Shown one piece after another: positions 50,274 through 62,055 of a stretch of DNA of 64,000 nucleotides. The stretch is from the NCBI GenBank assembly GCA_024679065.1, contig JAGIQG010000017.1, positions 34,410,001-34,474,000 of the forward strand, read 5' to 3'. Made by a program: the position numbers and the translations under genes. Positions within the stretch are counted from its first letter, which is position 1. The number at the start of each line of letters is the position of its first letter. The notes under the pieces were generated by a model. That model searched no databases and was not told the DNA's origin. It saw nothing but the letters and a program-made list of their open reading frames with translations. This DNA is from Sphyrna mokarran. Its lineage: Eukaryota.

Positions 50274-51760
50274 CAAGTGAATGATTAGAATGACAAAAAC
50301 TTGCTATTGGACTTCATTCCTAATATTTTAGAGGAAACATTCTTTCTTAATCTGGATTCTTTAACTGCAGTTTTCAGAATACAAATTTCCAATTGCAACC
50401 TCCAATTGCATTGGTGTCGTAATGTCAACCCTCGAACCCCTCTCCTGCATACAGTTAGTCATGGTAAAGAAGTTTTACCAGTGCTGAGGAGGACAGGCAA
50501 AGCCGAGGTGAGGGAGCTCCATAGAGTCCTTGTGAGGTCTAGAAGGGCACTCATTTCAAATGACCGAACTTCTACAAAGATAGAATCTTTGGTATTATTC
50601 AAATTTGTACAGGCCACAAATTAAGTTTATTAGTGTCACAAGTTGGCTAACCTCAGTGTTGCAATGAAGTTACTGTGAAAATCCCTTAATTGCCACACTC
50701 CAGCACTTGTTCAGGTACACTGAGGGAGAAGTAAACACGGCCAAAGCACCTAACCAGCATGTCTTTCGCACTGTGGGAGGAAACTTGAGCACCTAGAGGA
50801 AACCCAAGCAGAGTGAGGACAACGCGCAGACAGTGGCCCAAGCTAGGAGTCAAACTTGGGTCCCTAATGCTGTGAGGCAGCAGTGCTAACCACTGTGTTG
50901 CCCCAAAATTTAGGTATTTATAGATCTGTATATTGAGTGGACTATCTTCAGCTGATTGCTATTCTTAATACATAAGCTAAAAGGTAAACTCTGGGGAATG
51001 AGTGTGGTAAATATTGTCAACTGAACTTTCCTTGATGCACAGGAGAAAGTTAAGGTTGAGCCCAAAGCAAAAAATACTAAAGAAGTCATAATCTTGAATA
51101 GAATGTAAATTCATGCACTGAGAAAATAAAAACTTTTGCGGAGAAGATTTGGCATCTCATAAGCATAACTGTAAGATCAAATGCAAAGGACTAGATTTTA
51201 AACCCCCAACGGGAACAGTGTGGTTAGGAGGGGTAAGATGGTAAGAGGCAGTCTTGTAACGTAACTGCCACGTTCTTACTCCTTAGTATCTTTGCTGATC
51301 TGTGAAGGAGCCTCAGAAGGTCTTAGCCTGATGACTTCAATAATGCTTCAATATTTTTTCACTGCCAAATTTTGGAAACCTACTTGGAACCACTCGAGGC
51401 TGGAAGTTGCAGAGTGACTAAGGCAGATTTAAAAATACTAATGGTCTTTAGTAAAAAAAAGTTTTGCACCAGGAGAGGCAAGAGTGCCCTTCTGGACCTC
51501 ACAAGGACTCTATGGAGCTCCCTCACCTCAGCTTTGCCCGTCATCCTCAGCACTGGTAAAACTTCTTTACCATGACTAACTGTATGCAGGAGAGGGGTTT
51601 GAGGGTTGACATTACGACACCAATACAATTGGAGGTTGCAATTGGAAATTTGTATTCTGCAAACTGCAGTTAAGGTATCCAGATTAAGAAAGGATGTTTC
51701 CTCTAAAATGTTAGGAATGAAGTCCAATAGCAAGTTTTTGTCATTCTAATCATTCACTTG
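50274..51760. repeat. 279-bp inverted duplication (50274-50552 / 51482-51760)
   Basis: The arms are reverse complements with about 11 substitutions (about 96% identity). Explains the twin ORFs 50301+ and 51733-. Spacer is 929 bp. Confidence 0.95.
50623..50904 (-). mobile_element. V-SINE subfamily B
   Basis: aagtttattagtgtcacaagt..gcaatgaagttactgtgaaaatccc reversed tail plus core and head. Confidence 0.85.
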
Positions 51761-52176
51761 AACTTATTTTTGTATGTGACTCTACCTAGCTTTTAGTATT
51801 GACTACAATTTAGCAGAATGACAGCACTCGCTATATATGTGTGATGGGGATACTTAAGGGAAGAAAAGCTGCTGGCTTGGAATTTTAATGTTTTGTTTTG
51901 AGGATGTCTATGGTGCTAAAAGCATGAGTCATATCAAGAGTAATGGCCTACAAAACAATGCTATTTGGACATTAGCCGTAACAATTGCCTGCCACTATCT
52001 ATCTGTGGCATCATTCAATCCCCTCTTCGTGTTTTTTTGGACATTGTGCACTGTACCAGAGTCATATAAAGCAGATTGTAGTAACAGGCTGACAGTTACT
52101 AGCTAGCTCAGCAGTGCTTGGTGCAAACTGCCACCTTCCTGTGGATTTACAGCTGCCACTTATGCTTCTTCAATTA

Positions 52177-52308
52177 NNNNNNNNNNNNNNNNNNNNNNNN
52201 NNNNNNNNNNNNNNNNNNNNNNNNNNNNNNNNNNNNNNNNNNNNNNNNNNNNNNNNNNNNNNNNNNNNNNNNNNNNNNNNNNNNNNNNNNNNNNNNNNNN
52301 NNNNNNNN
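52177..52308. other. Assembly gap (132 N)
   Basis: Run of N. Confidence 1.
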
Positions 52309-52469
52309 AACTTGGCAAACTCTGAAAGTTGGAAAGCACAACTGCTATTTAATAATGAGCCTCAGAATCCATTCACATCAGCTACTCAAACTTTCCTTAA
52401 ATATTTTTATAGTCAAAAACAAAGTAGCACAGTTACTTTACAGCCGATTGTAAAAACGCTGGAGGATAG

Positions 52470-53242
52470 GAAGAAAAAGTAAGACCTGTGTTTCTGCAGT
52501 GTCTTTCAGGACAGCTTTACTGTCGATGAGATTAATTCTGAAGTCTAGTCCCTGGTATTATGTAGGAAATAGAGCAGCCCAATGTGCACAAAGCAAACTC
52601 CCACAAACATAATAATAATTGGATAATTTGGACAAGATTCTCTGACCTCCCCTTAGTGATTTTTTTCAGTGATGGGAGGCAGCATGCCATTCACTGGCTG
52701 AGGGAATGCCTGCTTTTGCCATTGTCAATAGGAATTCCAATTGAAGCCCTCCCAGGAAACCAGCGGACCAGAGAATCTCATAGACCTGAACAGCCAGAGA
52801 ATTCTGGCCTCTGTCTTTGTGATGTTGATTGTGAGATGATTGTTGGCCAGGACACTGTGGGGTGAGGATGGCGGGTGTCAAATCTGCTGCTTTTCTATGA
52901 GATAGTGCGATGAGACTTTTTACATTTACAAAAATGTTCTGTGTGAGAACAGAAAGTACCTTGATTTAAATATCCCGTCTGAAAGACAACATGCAGGAGC
53001 TCACTGGCCATTCACATTCCCGCTGCAGCAAAGTTGGTGCTCCATTCCCCACAATGGAATGGGAAAATCCTGCTGGTGTGAATGGTTGAAAAATTCTGGC
53101 CATCCTCTCTGACAGTGCAGCACTCCTGCAGCACGTGACTAGTGTGTTACTCTCGGTTTTTCTGCTCAAATCTGTGAAATGGGACTCAGATCTGTGGCAT
53201 TCTGATTCAGATGCATGAGTGCTGCCAACTGAGCCTCTGCTG
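52470..53242 (-). mobile_element. SacSINE1/AmnSINE-like Deu-SINE split by two MITEs
   Basis: On the minus strand: head ggctcagttggcagcactc..tctgaatcagaa, then ggagtgctgcactgtcagag, tctttcagacggga..ttaaa, gtgtcctggccaac and tgtttgtgggagtttgctttgtgcac (Deu domain and tail). MITE inserts at 52630-52809 and about 52990-53101. Confidence 0.75.
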
Positions 53243-53700
53243 GTACCAACGATAAATTTAGAAAAAGTAGGAAAGAAGAAAACCTATTTTTGGTTTAAAC
53301 AGCCGCCACTAAAAATGGACATTGGCAGTTGTTGCCTTCTCAGCAAATCTGTGCAATATAAATTTAACAGTGATAATGGCAGCAAACCTCAAAATTACAT
53401 CTTACCTGAACTAATGCTGTTTTTTACCTTCCTGATCACCACAATTGGCATTTACCCAGAAGGCTAATGAAAATGTCTTAAATCCAGCTGTTGAGTAAAC
53501 AATAACTAGAAGTAGTCCAATGACAAATTTTCTTAGAGCTCTTATCTGGCTCTAAGTATCAGCCTTTCCAATCAACCTGATTTTCGATAGCAGCTCCTCT
53601 GTGCCAGACCAGCTCCCTAACAGCAGCCCTGTTGTAACTTCTAACCTCTATCAAATTTTTAATATTGCCCTCACTACCCCCACCCAGCCTGACTACCAAT

Positions 53701-53960
53701 TAAAGTTTACAGTTTTAAAGCTTAAAAGTTTAAGTAGGCTCACCTAAACACTGCAGTGAAGTTACTGTGAAAATCCCTCGTCCCCACACTCCGGTGCCTG
53801 TTCAGATCAATGCACCAGTGGGAGGAAACCAGGGCACCCGGAGGAAACTCACGCAGACACAGGGAGAACATGCTGACTCCACACAGTGACCCAAGGTGGG
53901 AATTGAACCCAGGTCCCTGGCACTGTGAGGCAGCAGTGCTAACCACTGTGCACTGTGCCA
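53701..53960 (-). mobile_element. V-SINE subfamily B
   Basis: Reversed B tail with a (taaagtt)-like terminal repeat, plus core and head. Confidence 0.85.
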
Positions 53961-54035
53961 ACGAAGTGGATGAGTTTATAAATGGCAAGTTGGCCATTCT
54001 TAGTATGGAGATGCTAAGGAGTGTTGACTCATTAT

Positions 54036-56352
54036 GGACATAATTCTCCCACGTGGGACTGTGACAAGGGCAGGAACAGGGAGTTGCCCTGCTACAGAGG
54101 CCAACAGAAAATCACACCATAACTTCCAGCCCCAACCTCATTAACGATGCATATCCCAATGTGGGACAGGCATGAAGGCATGCATCCCACTTTCATATCT
54201 AGGTGCCATATTGAAAAGATGTCTAATGCTACCAACCTATTGTTGAAGAAAGAAGTTGGACTTCCTGAGAAAGAAGATAAATTTCCAGGATCACACTGAA
54301 TCTGGAAGACTCACCTGTAGATGCTTCCCCTTGTCCAGGGCCATGGTGTTCAAAGGTCACTGGAGGCCTGCATAATGAAATGAACATTTTGATTGAGATT
54401 GGGCATGAGGAGTGGGTGTGAGTGATGAACACAAGGAGGGCAACAGGGAAAGGAGGCTATGCAAGGGAAGACGGGGTGGGGGGGTTGGGGATGTCTTGTC
54501 AGCCAGAGCACATTATGGAAGGCAGAGGAGTAAGGAGTTGGAAGAGGATGAGAAACAGAGGAAGGGAGAAGGTAGACGAATGACTGGGAAGCTGGAACCC
54601 CATGAGGTTACACTGAATGCTGACAAACGAAGGGATCAAATAAGTGTCACATTTTTTACGAGAAGGAGATGCCCACAGACTCCGGGGTGCAGAGTTGGGG
54701 GGTGGGATGAGGGGGTTCGCACGGGACACTCAAAGTGTGGGGGACGCAGATGGTTTGGAAGGGGACACTGTAGTCCTTAGTCTGCATGACAATGCGGAAC
54801 TCTGTGAAAGTCCAAGTCCTTGCTCTGAGTGTGACAGGAGTCATAGAGGACAGACACTCCCTGTGGTGATGTGTAAAGGAGTCACAAGTGACAGGCAGTC
54901 CAAGGATCTTATGAGGCTCACAAGGAGAGGTCAGAAACAAGAGGCAGTCCAGGGGTGCAGTGGGCATGCAGCAGGAGCAATCACTGGGAGCCTGGTAAAC
55001 CCCAGGCAGGGTCAAGGGCTGTGTGCTCCAGGGAAAAAGCAGGGCTGTCTCACAATCATTCTCTGTGGGCTTGGCTGCCTCGGTATTGTGTTTGTAGCTG
55101 AGGTTAACACCACATGAATATTAATTTCACAGCGCAACACTACCACTGAGTAAGACAATGGCTAGACCTTGACATAAGGGAATTCCAATATATAAATTCA
55201 CACCTTCAGTTGACCAAAACTTTCACATAACATTAAATGTTTTCCCAAAAACAATTTCTTTAGAGTGATAGCATGCCTTTGACTCAAAAGTGACATCAAA
55301 TTTTCTTAACTTTCCTAAACCTTTGCTACATCTGGGGGCAGCCCGACATCTACAGTGGAGGTGGAGGCAATCTGCTGACTGCTATGTCCTGATGTCTGCG
55401 ATGATCTTGGCAGATGTCTTGTGATGGCCGAAGACATGGAGAGCCCTGGACTAATAAGGGTCTCCTGCTCAGGGGCAGAAGCACTCTTGGCAACATGAGC
55501 AGGTGGAATTGGTGCAGACACAGGTAGAGGAGACTCTGAGCTGCTACACAGTATTGGAGTGTCCTGAAAGGAAGTCCTAGGGTATCCAACTGATGGCCAT
55601 CCTCTGTGTACCTGAGGGACCCAGACTGACTCTTGCAGGAGATGTACCTGGAGGGAGTTCAAAGTGCTTCATCTACACATGTTGGTGCCCATGCAGGGCA
55701 AGGCTAAGAACAAATCTAGCAAGATATGCTGGACCAAAGCCTCCATGATGATCATCAACCTTCCCATGGTGACGTTGAGGCACTTGCATGTCGGAGACAT
55801 AAGACCAGACAGAACAGGGATGGATTCCTTCATAATTCTCTTTAAACTGCTGAGTAACTGTTAAACTTCTGCCTGGTGTTTCACCTCTGCCTGATGTTCT
55901 ACCACCTGTTACTGCATCTGCAGCATTGAATTGGCAACCACTTCTAGAGGATAATCATCTGATTTGGACTCAGTGAGGGGCTGGCCTCCAGCAACTGTTC
56001 GAGTGTGGGTGACCTGAGCTATCCCTGCCTCCAGCTGGAATCACCTGGTGAGTAGGCACCTGATTTGTCTGTCCATACTTGGCTGCCAGGATCAAAGATC
56101 TACGTGCCATATTTAAACGCCAATCCAACACATATAATGCTCACTCTCTCCAGTCTAGCTGTCTTCAGAACACGCGCAGAGAAAACCAAAAGGTTCAAGA
56201 AGAAGGCGACACCCCACTTCACCCACCAGGCTCTCAAAGTCTTGAATGGAGAAGAGCAGGTGCACAGGCATGTCCTGTATCCAAGGGATGGTTCCAGGAA
56301 GCCCAATAACTTCACATCACCAAATTGGGAGGCCATCACACAGAAGGAATGA
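54036..56352. mobile_element. PIF/Harbinger remnants including a Myb/SANT-like domain
   Basis: The + ORF 56065-56352 reads KKATPHFTHQALKVL..EEQVHRHVLYPRDGSRKP..TSPNWEAIT (Myb/SANT-like). The - strand 55320-55860 resembles the C-terminal part of the same kind of second ORF. TIR-like ggacataattctccc at 54036. Confidence 0.6.
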
Positions 56353-56559
56353 TCTCATCCATTCCACTGGGTGATTCAGCCTGATACTCTCTTGTGCATA
56401 ATTAATGAACTTTCAAACATGAGTTCCTGCCACTCTGGCCAATGGGATGGATGCCACTGGAAACACCTGTCACCAAAACTAGTGTCATAAATGGCAAATT
56501 CCGCTGACTACATATGTAAGGATGTGAATAGGATGCAAAATAACCAGTGTTCTATTGGA

Positions 56560-57378
56560 ATTGCACTTAATTGGGGCTAATTGGAGTATATTCCTGACTT
56601 GCATCTTGTACTTGTAGACAGGCTTTGAGAAGCCAGAATGTAGTTCCCAGCCTCTGACCCACCCTTGTACCACAGAATTTATGTGTTAGTCTAGTTCCAC
56701 TTCTGGTCAGCTGTTGATAGTGGTGAATTCAAAAATTATAATACCATTGAATGTCTAGTGAAGGAGAATATCTTTTGTTGGAGCTGGTCATCGCCTGGCA
56801 GTTGTGCAGCACAAATGTTACTTCCCACTACCACTTGTCACTTAGATCTAAATTTTGTCTAGGACTTGCTGTATATGAACATGGACTGCTTCATTTTCTG
56901 AGGAGTTGTGAATATTGCTAAGCATTTTACATTCGTCAATGAAAATCCCACCTCTGATAGAGGGAAGGTAATTGATAAAACTGCTGAAGTTGGTTGGATG
57001 AAGACACCTCCCTGAGGAGCACTTTCAGCGATATCCTGAGATTGAAATGGCTTGCCTCCACCCAACCACAACCATCACCTTCCTTTCAAGCTTTAACTCC
57101 AAACTGTGGAGATTCCCCCATTCCCATTGGCTTCAATCTCACTGAAGATCCTTGAAGTCAGACACTGTCGAATGTTAACTTTATACAATCTCGAAAGAAA
57201 TTCAGCTTCTTTTTGCATGCTTGCCAAGGCTGCAATGAGATTTACAGCCAAGTGATCCTGGTGGAACCTAAACTGAGCATCAGTGAGCAGGTTAATGTAA
57301 GGAAGTGTTGCTTGATATAATTGTTAATGATGTCTTCCATTATTTTATTGAATGTTGAGTGCAGACTAAAGAGATGGG
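56560..57378 (-). mobile_element. L2/CR1-group LINE RT fragment
   Basis: Minus-strand remnant of the ..IKQH....LLTDAQFRFHQDH.. RT region and SAPQG motif. Confidence 0.7.
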
Positions 57379-57591
57379 ACTGAATTTTACATTTGCAAAG
57401 TGGGGTTGGCGCTATCCCTCACATGCATACCATCTGGCAACATGACGTCAGGTCACAAACCTGGTGGCAGTGTACTGATTCACCATAATACAGTAGTCTG
57501 GCAGATACCAAAATTAGCAAACCCCTGTCATTTTTAAATAACACGTCAACCAGCTTTTGAGCTTGTTTGGAAATCGATTGATGCAATTCAT

Positions 57592-57710
57592 GGGACTCCA
57601 GGTCCACAGCAATGTGGTTGACTCTTATCTGCCCTCCAAAGGGAACTAGGGATGGGCAATAAATACTGGCCCAGCCAGCGACACCCACGCCCCACAAATG
57701 AATTAAAAAG
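57592..57710 (+). mobile_element. 3' tail of the tRNA-SINE family seen at 44123-44472
   Basis: cacagcaatgtggttgactctta..gggatgggcaataaatactggcccagccagcgacacccac..atgaattaaaaa. Confidence 0.75.
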
Positions 57711-58647
57711 GACTAAACAGTAAAACCTTGGCCATGCCATCATGCAGAGGGCACATGGTGGGAGGTATGTTTATGTTGAAAAAGTGGAAATAAAGGGTCC
57801 TCATGGGACAATGGCTGACTTTTGCAGGAGACTCTGCTGCAGCAGCTGAGAGATTTAGCCAGTGTTGACAATGTTGCTTTGATAACATACACACCTACGT
57901 CAGGGAAAGAAACTAACAGGACGCCTTCTCACTAACATTAAGCACTGCACCAGTTGTGTTTTAAATCGATGTCTGATATGGAAATTATCCATTCTGGAGG
58001 AGGCAGTTCCTCCAGTGAGGAGGGGAGAAGGAGGCCAATTGGCCAGGGACAAGGAAATCATGAAGTTCAGAAACAGGGACAACCTGCTGCTGAGCAAGAG
58101 GCTGCAGAGAGGAGACAGCAACAGCAGACAGGCAGAGGGAGTCGGAGACTCTATCCTGCCAACATTGTATAATGTCAGATTGTCTTACCTTCAGATGTTT
58201 ATTCAGTTTGGTATTACACTGTGGTCTAGTCACAATGTGTAAATAAAAGAAAGAGAAATGTAGTAGCAGGGAGCGTGTGTGGAGGACACGTGACCAGCGT
58301 TGATTCTGTGGATCATTCCAGCAGGAAGCTGAATGAATTGGCAGGAGGGCATGGACCATGGGTCAAGGAAGGACTGGAACCCAGAAATCCTGAGGAGCAG
58401 TTGCACTTGTAGTCTCGTCTCACTTTAATGCTCTTGTACGCAATTACTCTGGCATTAAAGCCTTCATAGTTGAAACTTCGTCAAGTTGCCCTCATTCTAT
58501 TACATCGGTGAGGAGGCAAAACATTAAAAATGTTGGGGTTCGCAGTATTCATCTCAAAGGGAAGGGAGCATCAAGAGTAAGATGTAAGATACACTCATTT
58601 AACAATGCCTATTATTAGGAAAGATCAAGCCATTCGACCCATTGGTC

Positions 58648-58998
58648 GAATCATAGAATCCCTACAATGCAGAAGAGGCCATTCGGCCTATCGGCTCTGC
58701 ATCGACTCTCTGATAGAACATCTTACCCAAGCCCTTTGCCCCGTCATATCCCTGTAAGCCCATGCATTTCCCATGGCTAATTCATTTAACCTATACATCT
58801 TGGGACACCAAGGGGCAATTAGGCATGGCTCATCCATCTAACCTGCACATCTTTGGGAGGATACCAGAGTATCCGGAGGAAAACCACACATGCTGGGAGA
58901 ATGTGCAAACTCTATACAAACAGTGGCCCAAGGCCAGAATTGAACATGGGGCCCTGGAGCTTTGAGGCAACAGTGTTACCATTGTGCCACCATGCTGC
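58648..58998 (-). mobile_element. HE1-type V-SINE (subfamily A) inserted in Gypsy gag
   Basis: Reversed HE1. The gag frame breaks at FDPLVE and resumes at YIERL. Confidence 0.9.
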
Positions 58999-60203
58999 CT
59001 ATATAGAAAGGCTGCAACATCACTTTGTTGCAAATTAAATAATTGTGGAGGACAAGAGGACGGTTATTTTGCTAACAGTCTGTGGCTCAGAGTTATTGCT
59101 TAGTAAGGACTTTAACCTCACCAGATGCTCCAGACATGAAGTCATCTGACCACATTATGGAGCCGGTCAAGAATCATTTTAACCACCGCCCCTTGATCAT
59201 TAGTCTGAGATACAAATTTCATACAACAATCCGTGAGCTGGGGAGATAGTCTTAGGTTTTGTAGCAAAAATTAAGGATTGACAGAATGCTGCGAATTCGG
59301 CCCGACATTAGCTGGAATTTAAAGAATAGAATGGTCTGTGATATAAACAGCTTAATAATACAAAAAAGTTTACTGAGGAAGATCAAAATTCTCTTCGACA
59401 AAAATGTGGAGCCGGTCCTGGTGACTGAATGTATGGTGTAGCAGAATTGTAAGGTTTGAATGAGGTAAATCGTTTAAGGTAGGAAATGGCTGTGGTACAA
59501 AACAGCCCAGGAGCAGGCGCATCATAGAAAAGATGCAACATTGGAGGCTGAAGTTTGTTTTCAATGTGGAGAAGAACGTTCCCAAGAAGTTTGATAATTC
59601 AAGAACTATGATTTGCTCTGTTCCATGATTTTAAGTGAGCTTTCGATATACCTGAAGTAAACAATGTAGAAATGTCGACAGCAACTGGCTTAACTCCTGT
59701 AAATCATGTCAATGAGAGCCTGGCAAGGGATTCAGGTAATTTGTCCTAAACCAGGTCCAGCTAAACAAAAAGTGTCCAGCAGAAATAACTTTGCAGGGAA
59801 ATGACAAAGCATTAAAAACAGAAGAGTATACAGGGCAGCTGCCACATTCATAGTGGAATAGGCATTTTGTTATCTACAGAAGGGACTCCAACCATTAAGA
59901 GTAAGCGAATCAGATGACATGTCATCCACATATCCTGGAGAGACACTGTTGATTTTTAAATGGAGTAACAGTGGCATATCAGGAGTAGAAAGCAAAGCTT
60001 GGTAATCAAGAGTCACAGACCTTCTTTAATGCAACAAGACTGGTTAAAACAGATATGGCTAAACTGGCTGGAAATTTAAACCTGAGGAGCAGAGTAGTAT
60101 TGGACACAGGCAATACCCACCCAATCGCTGCAGTTAGTGTGAGATTGCCAAGTCTGGCTAGTGGGCTTTCAGTGGAGAATGTGGAGCCTGAGCAACCAAT
60201 GGA

Positions 60204-60353
60204 TGATGTAGAGATGCCGGCGTTGAAATGGGGTAAACACAGTAAGAAGTTTGACAACACCAGATTTAAGTCCAACTGACGAGCAGGAGAATCTCGAAAG
60301 CTTGTGAGTTCACTATCAAATAAATCGGTTGGACTTAAATCTGGTGTTGTCAA
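60204..60353. mobile_element. Penelope-like palindromic mini-element (family 1) with CUGACGA...GAAA core
   Basis: 26-bp perfect inverted repeat at 60251-60276 / 60328-60353. Core ctgacga (60276-60282) and gaaagctt (60296-60303). Flanking direct repeat agcaa(c/t)caatggatga (60191-60206 / 60353-60368). Confidence 0.8.
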
Positions 60354-61080
60354 GCAATCAATGGATGAGCAGGTGATGGAGCTTAGAGCTGTTGAATAAT
60401 CACTGGACCCAGGATAATTCTCATCTGGCCCATCTTGCTCGAATAATATAAATGAGCCTGCCACTGAATTGAGAGGCACTATCAGAACCAGGAAGGGCCT
60501 GGACTGTTTGGTCCTTTGATGAGTTTTCCAGAGGTTTTTCTGGATACCCTTTTGTTTGAGAGTCTGTGATGTGCCTGCTACTATTGTTCTTGTTTCTGCT
60601 GAGGAGTATTTTCAGATTTGAGGGGGAAGGAGTATAGTAGCATGGCCCTTGAAAAAATGATGGCGTGTAGTGTTCCAAGGACCACATGACTGGCAAGCAC
60701 CCTATAAATCACTCTAGTGAGAATCTAAGCTAATTGGTAGGTCATGGACCACGGGTAGGGGAGGACTGGCAGTTGGAGCCTGGGAATCCGGTAATGTTGA
60801 CGAAAAAGCTGTTATCGTTGACACTTCATCAAGAGTCACCCTCGATCTATCACAAGAAACTATTTGATTTCACTCCCTGGTCTTTCTGACGTGCTTTCCA
60901 GGGAGATAGCCTCGAATTGTGTGGCTGCCCATCTGATGCCTGTAGCCTTGAACCCCTTTGCCACTGGATCATTGCAGATAGCATGTGGAGGCCAAAGTGG
61001 GATCATCCAGCCTGCAGCCCATCACTGCATTGAGGTATTCACAGAAGCCATGTTTAGCTGTGCCATCACCATATCTAGAC

Positions 61081-61283
61081 AAAGGCAAAATACTGCAGAT
61101 GCTGGAATTTGAAACAAAAACATACAATGCTGGAAAAACTCAGCATGTCTGACAGCCTCTGTGGAGAGGGAGCACAGCCAATATTTTGAGTGATGAGGTG
61201 TCATCATGACTCAATGTTGGCTCTATTCTCTTTCCATAAATGCTGTCAGATCTGTTGAGATTTTGCAGCATTTTCTGTTTTTC
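61081..61283. mobile_element. Penelope-like palindromic element (family 2)
   Basis: Imperfect inverted arms aaaaaca..atgctgga..ctcagca.gtctgacagc.tctgtgga / tccataaatgctgtcaga.ctgttgag..cagcattttctgttttt. Splits the Harbinger transposase frame. Confidence 0.7.
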
Positions 61284-61897
61284 AATCATTATGTCTCCTT
61301 TATATGCTATAATGCAAGTCAAGTTGAAACATATCGAGGCTTTGCTGTCCTAGTTGGATTGCCATGGATTCAACAGCACCCATGTACCCACAGATGTAAC
61401 AGTTGGACAGCCAAGAACATTCATATGCATAAAAGGATAAATGTTCAGATTGTGTGTGATCACAATCCAGAAGCAAGCTATGTGTGTGCACATTTTACAG
61501 GAATTTACCAAGATGCAGATATCCTGAGACACTCCCAGAATGTTCACCAATTCGGAAGCTTTGGATGACTGGTTACTCGGTGATAAAGGAAGACACTTTA
61601 AAAAGGTAACAGATGACTCTAGTAAGGAATCCACAGATGGAGCCTGAGTGTAGACATAATGATAACCACACATCCACCAGGGCCATCATGTGTTTCAGAT
61701 GTTTGGACAGACCAGATGGTACTCTGTAGTATAAACTGAAAGAATTTTGATTCTGCTCATTGTTCACTTTGCATTATATAACCTAGCCCTCGATAGGAAG
61801 GAACCTCAGTCAGAGGAGGAATTGATGGAGACAGCTCACTCTTCTGATGACAAGTCTGATCAAGAGGTGGGTGAGCTACACCAAACAGCTGTATTCT

Positions 61898-62055
61898 ATA
61901 ACAATGTTCAAGAGGCATCTAGATAGATTGTGAATAGGCAGGGAATAGAGAGATATGGACAACTCAGAGGCAAAATAAAATAGACATCTGTATTGGCACA
62001 GACTTGGTGGGCCAAAGCGCCTGTTTCTGTGCTGCATGGTTTTTTTTGTTCTTTC
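61898..62055 (+). mobile_element. CR1 3' tail fragment
   Basis: gttcaagaggcatctagataga..gggaatagagagatatgga..gtgggccaaagcgcctgtttctgtgctg. Confidence 0.75.

Larger units (their letters stand above)
58259..60854 (+). mobile_element. Gypsy LTR retrotransposon (internally deleted) with both LTRs, PBS, PPT and 5-bp TSD
   Basis: 5' LTR 58259-58504 (tgtagtagc...ctattaca), PBS-like tcggtgaggagg, gag MP..GKIKPFDP / YIERLQHHFVAN..VILLTVCG..KNHFN..RYKF..CCEFG..RMVC, PPT gagggggaaggag (60620-60632), 3' LTR 60633-60854 (tatagtagc...ctatcaca). TSD agaaa on both sides. Confidence 0.9.
57978..61880 (+). pseudogene. HARBI1-like Harbinger transposase, decayed and split by nested insertions
   Basis: N-terminus RRLYPA..RLSYLQM (58140-58200). 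After the LTR element: SREIASNCVAAHLMPVALNPFATGSLQ...AAHHCIEVFTEAMF (60864-61070). Then GFAVLVG..CTH...INVQIVCDH...CAHFTG..QDADILRHSQ, WLLGDKG and FRCLDRPDGTL (61290-61800). These are DDE transposase motifs in order. Confidence 0.85.

Noticed and set aside
50301-51733. Two near-identical ORFs as a duplicated gene pair
   Set aside because: They are a by-product of the inverted duplication. They use TTG starts, many of the differences change the amino acid, and similarity stops at the arm boundary.
52114-52482. ORFs spanning the N run
   Set aside because: Artefact of translating the assembly gap.
54412-55117. ORFs of 119-157 aa
   Set aside because: GC/purine-rich transposon interior that is open on both strands, with no recognisable protein family.
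60006-60479. 157-aa minus-strand ORF
   Set aside because: It reads through the Penelope-like insertion and Gypsy remnant, so it is a chance ORF.
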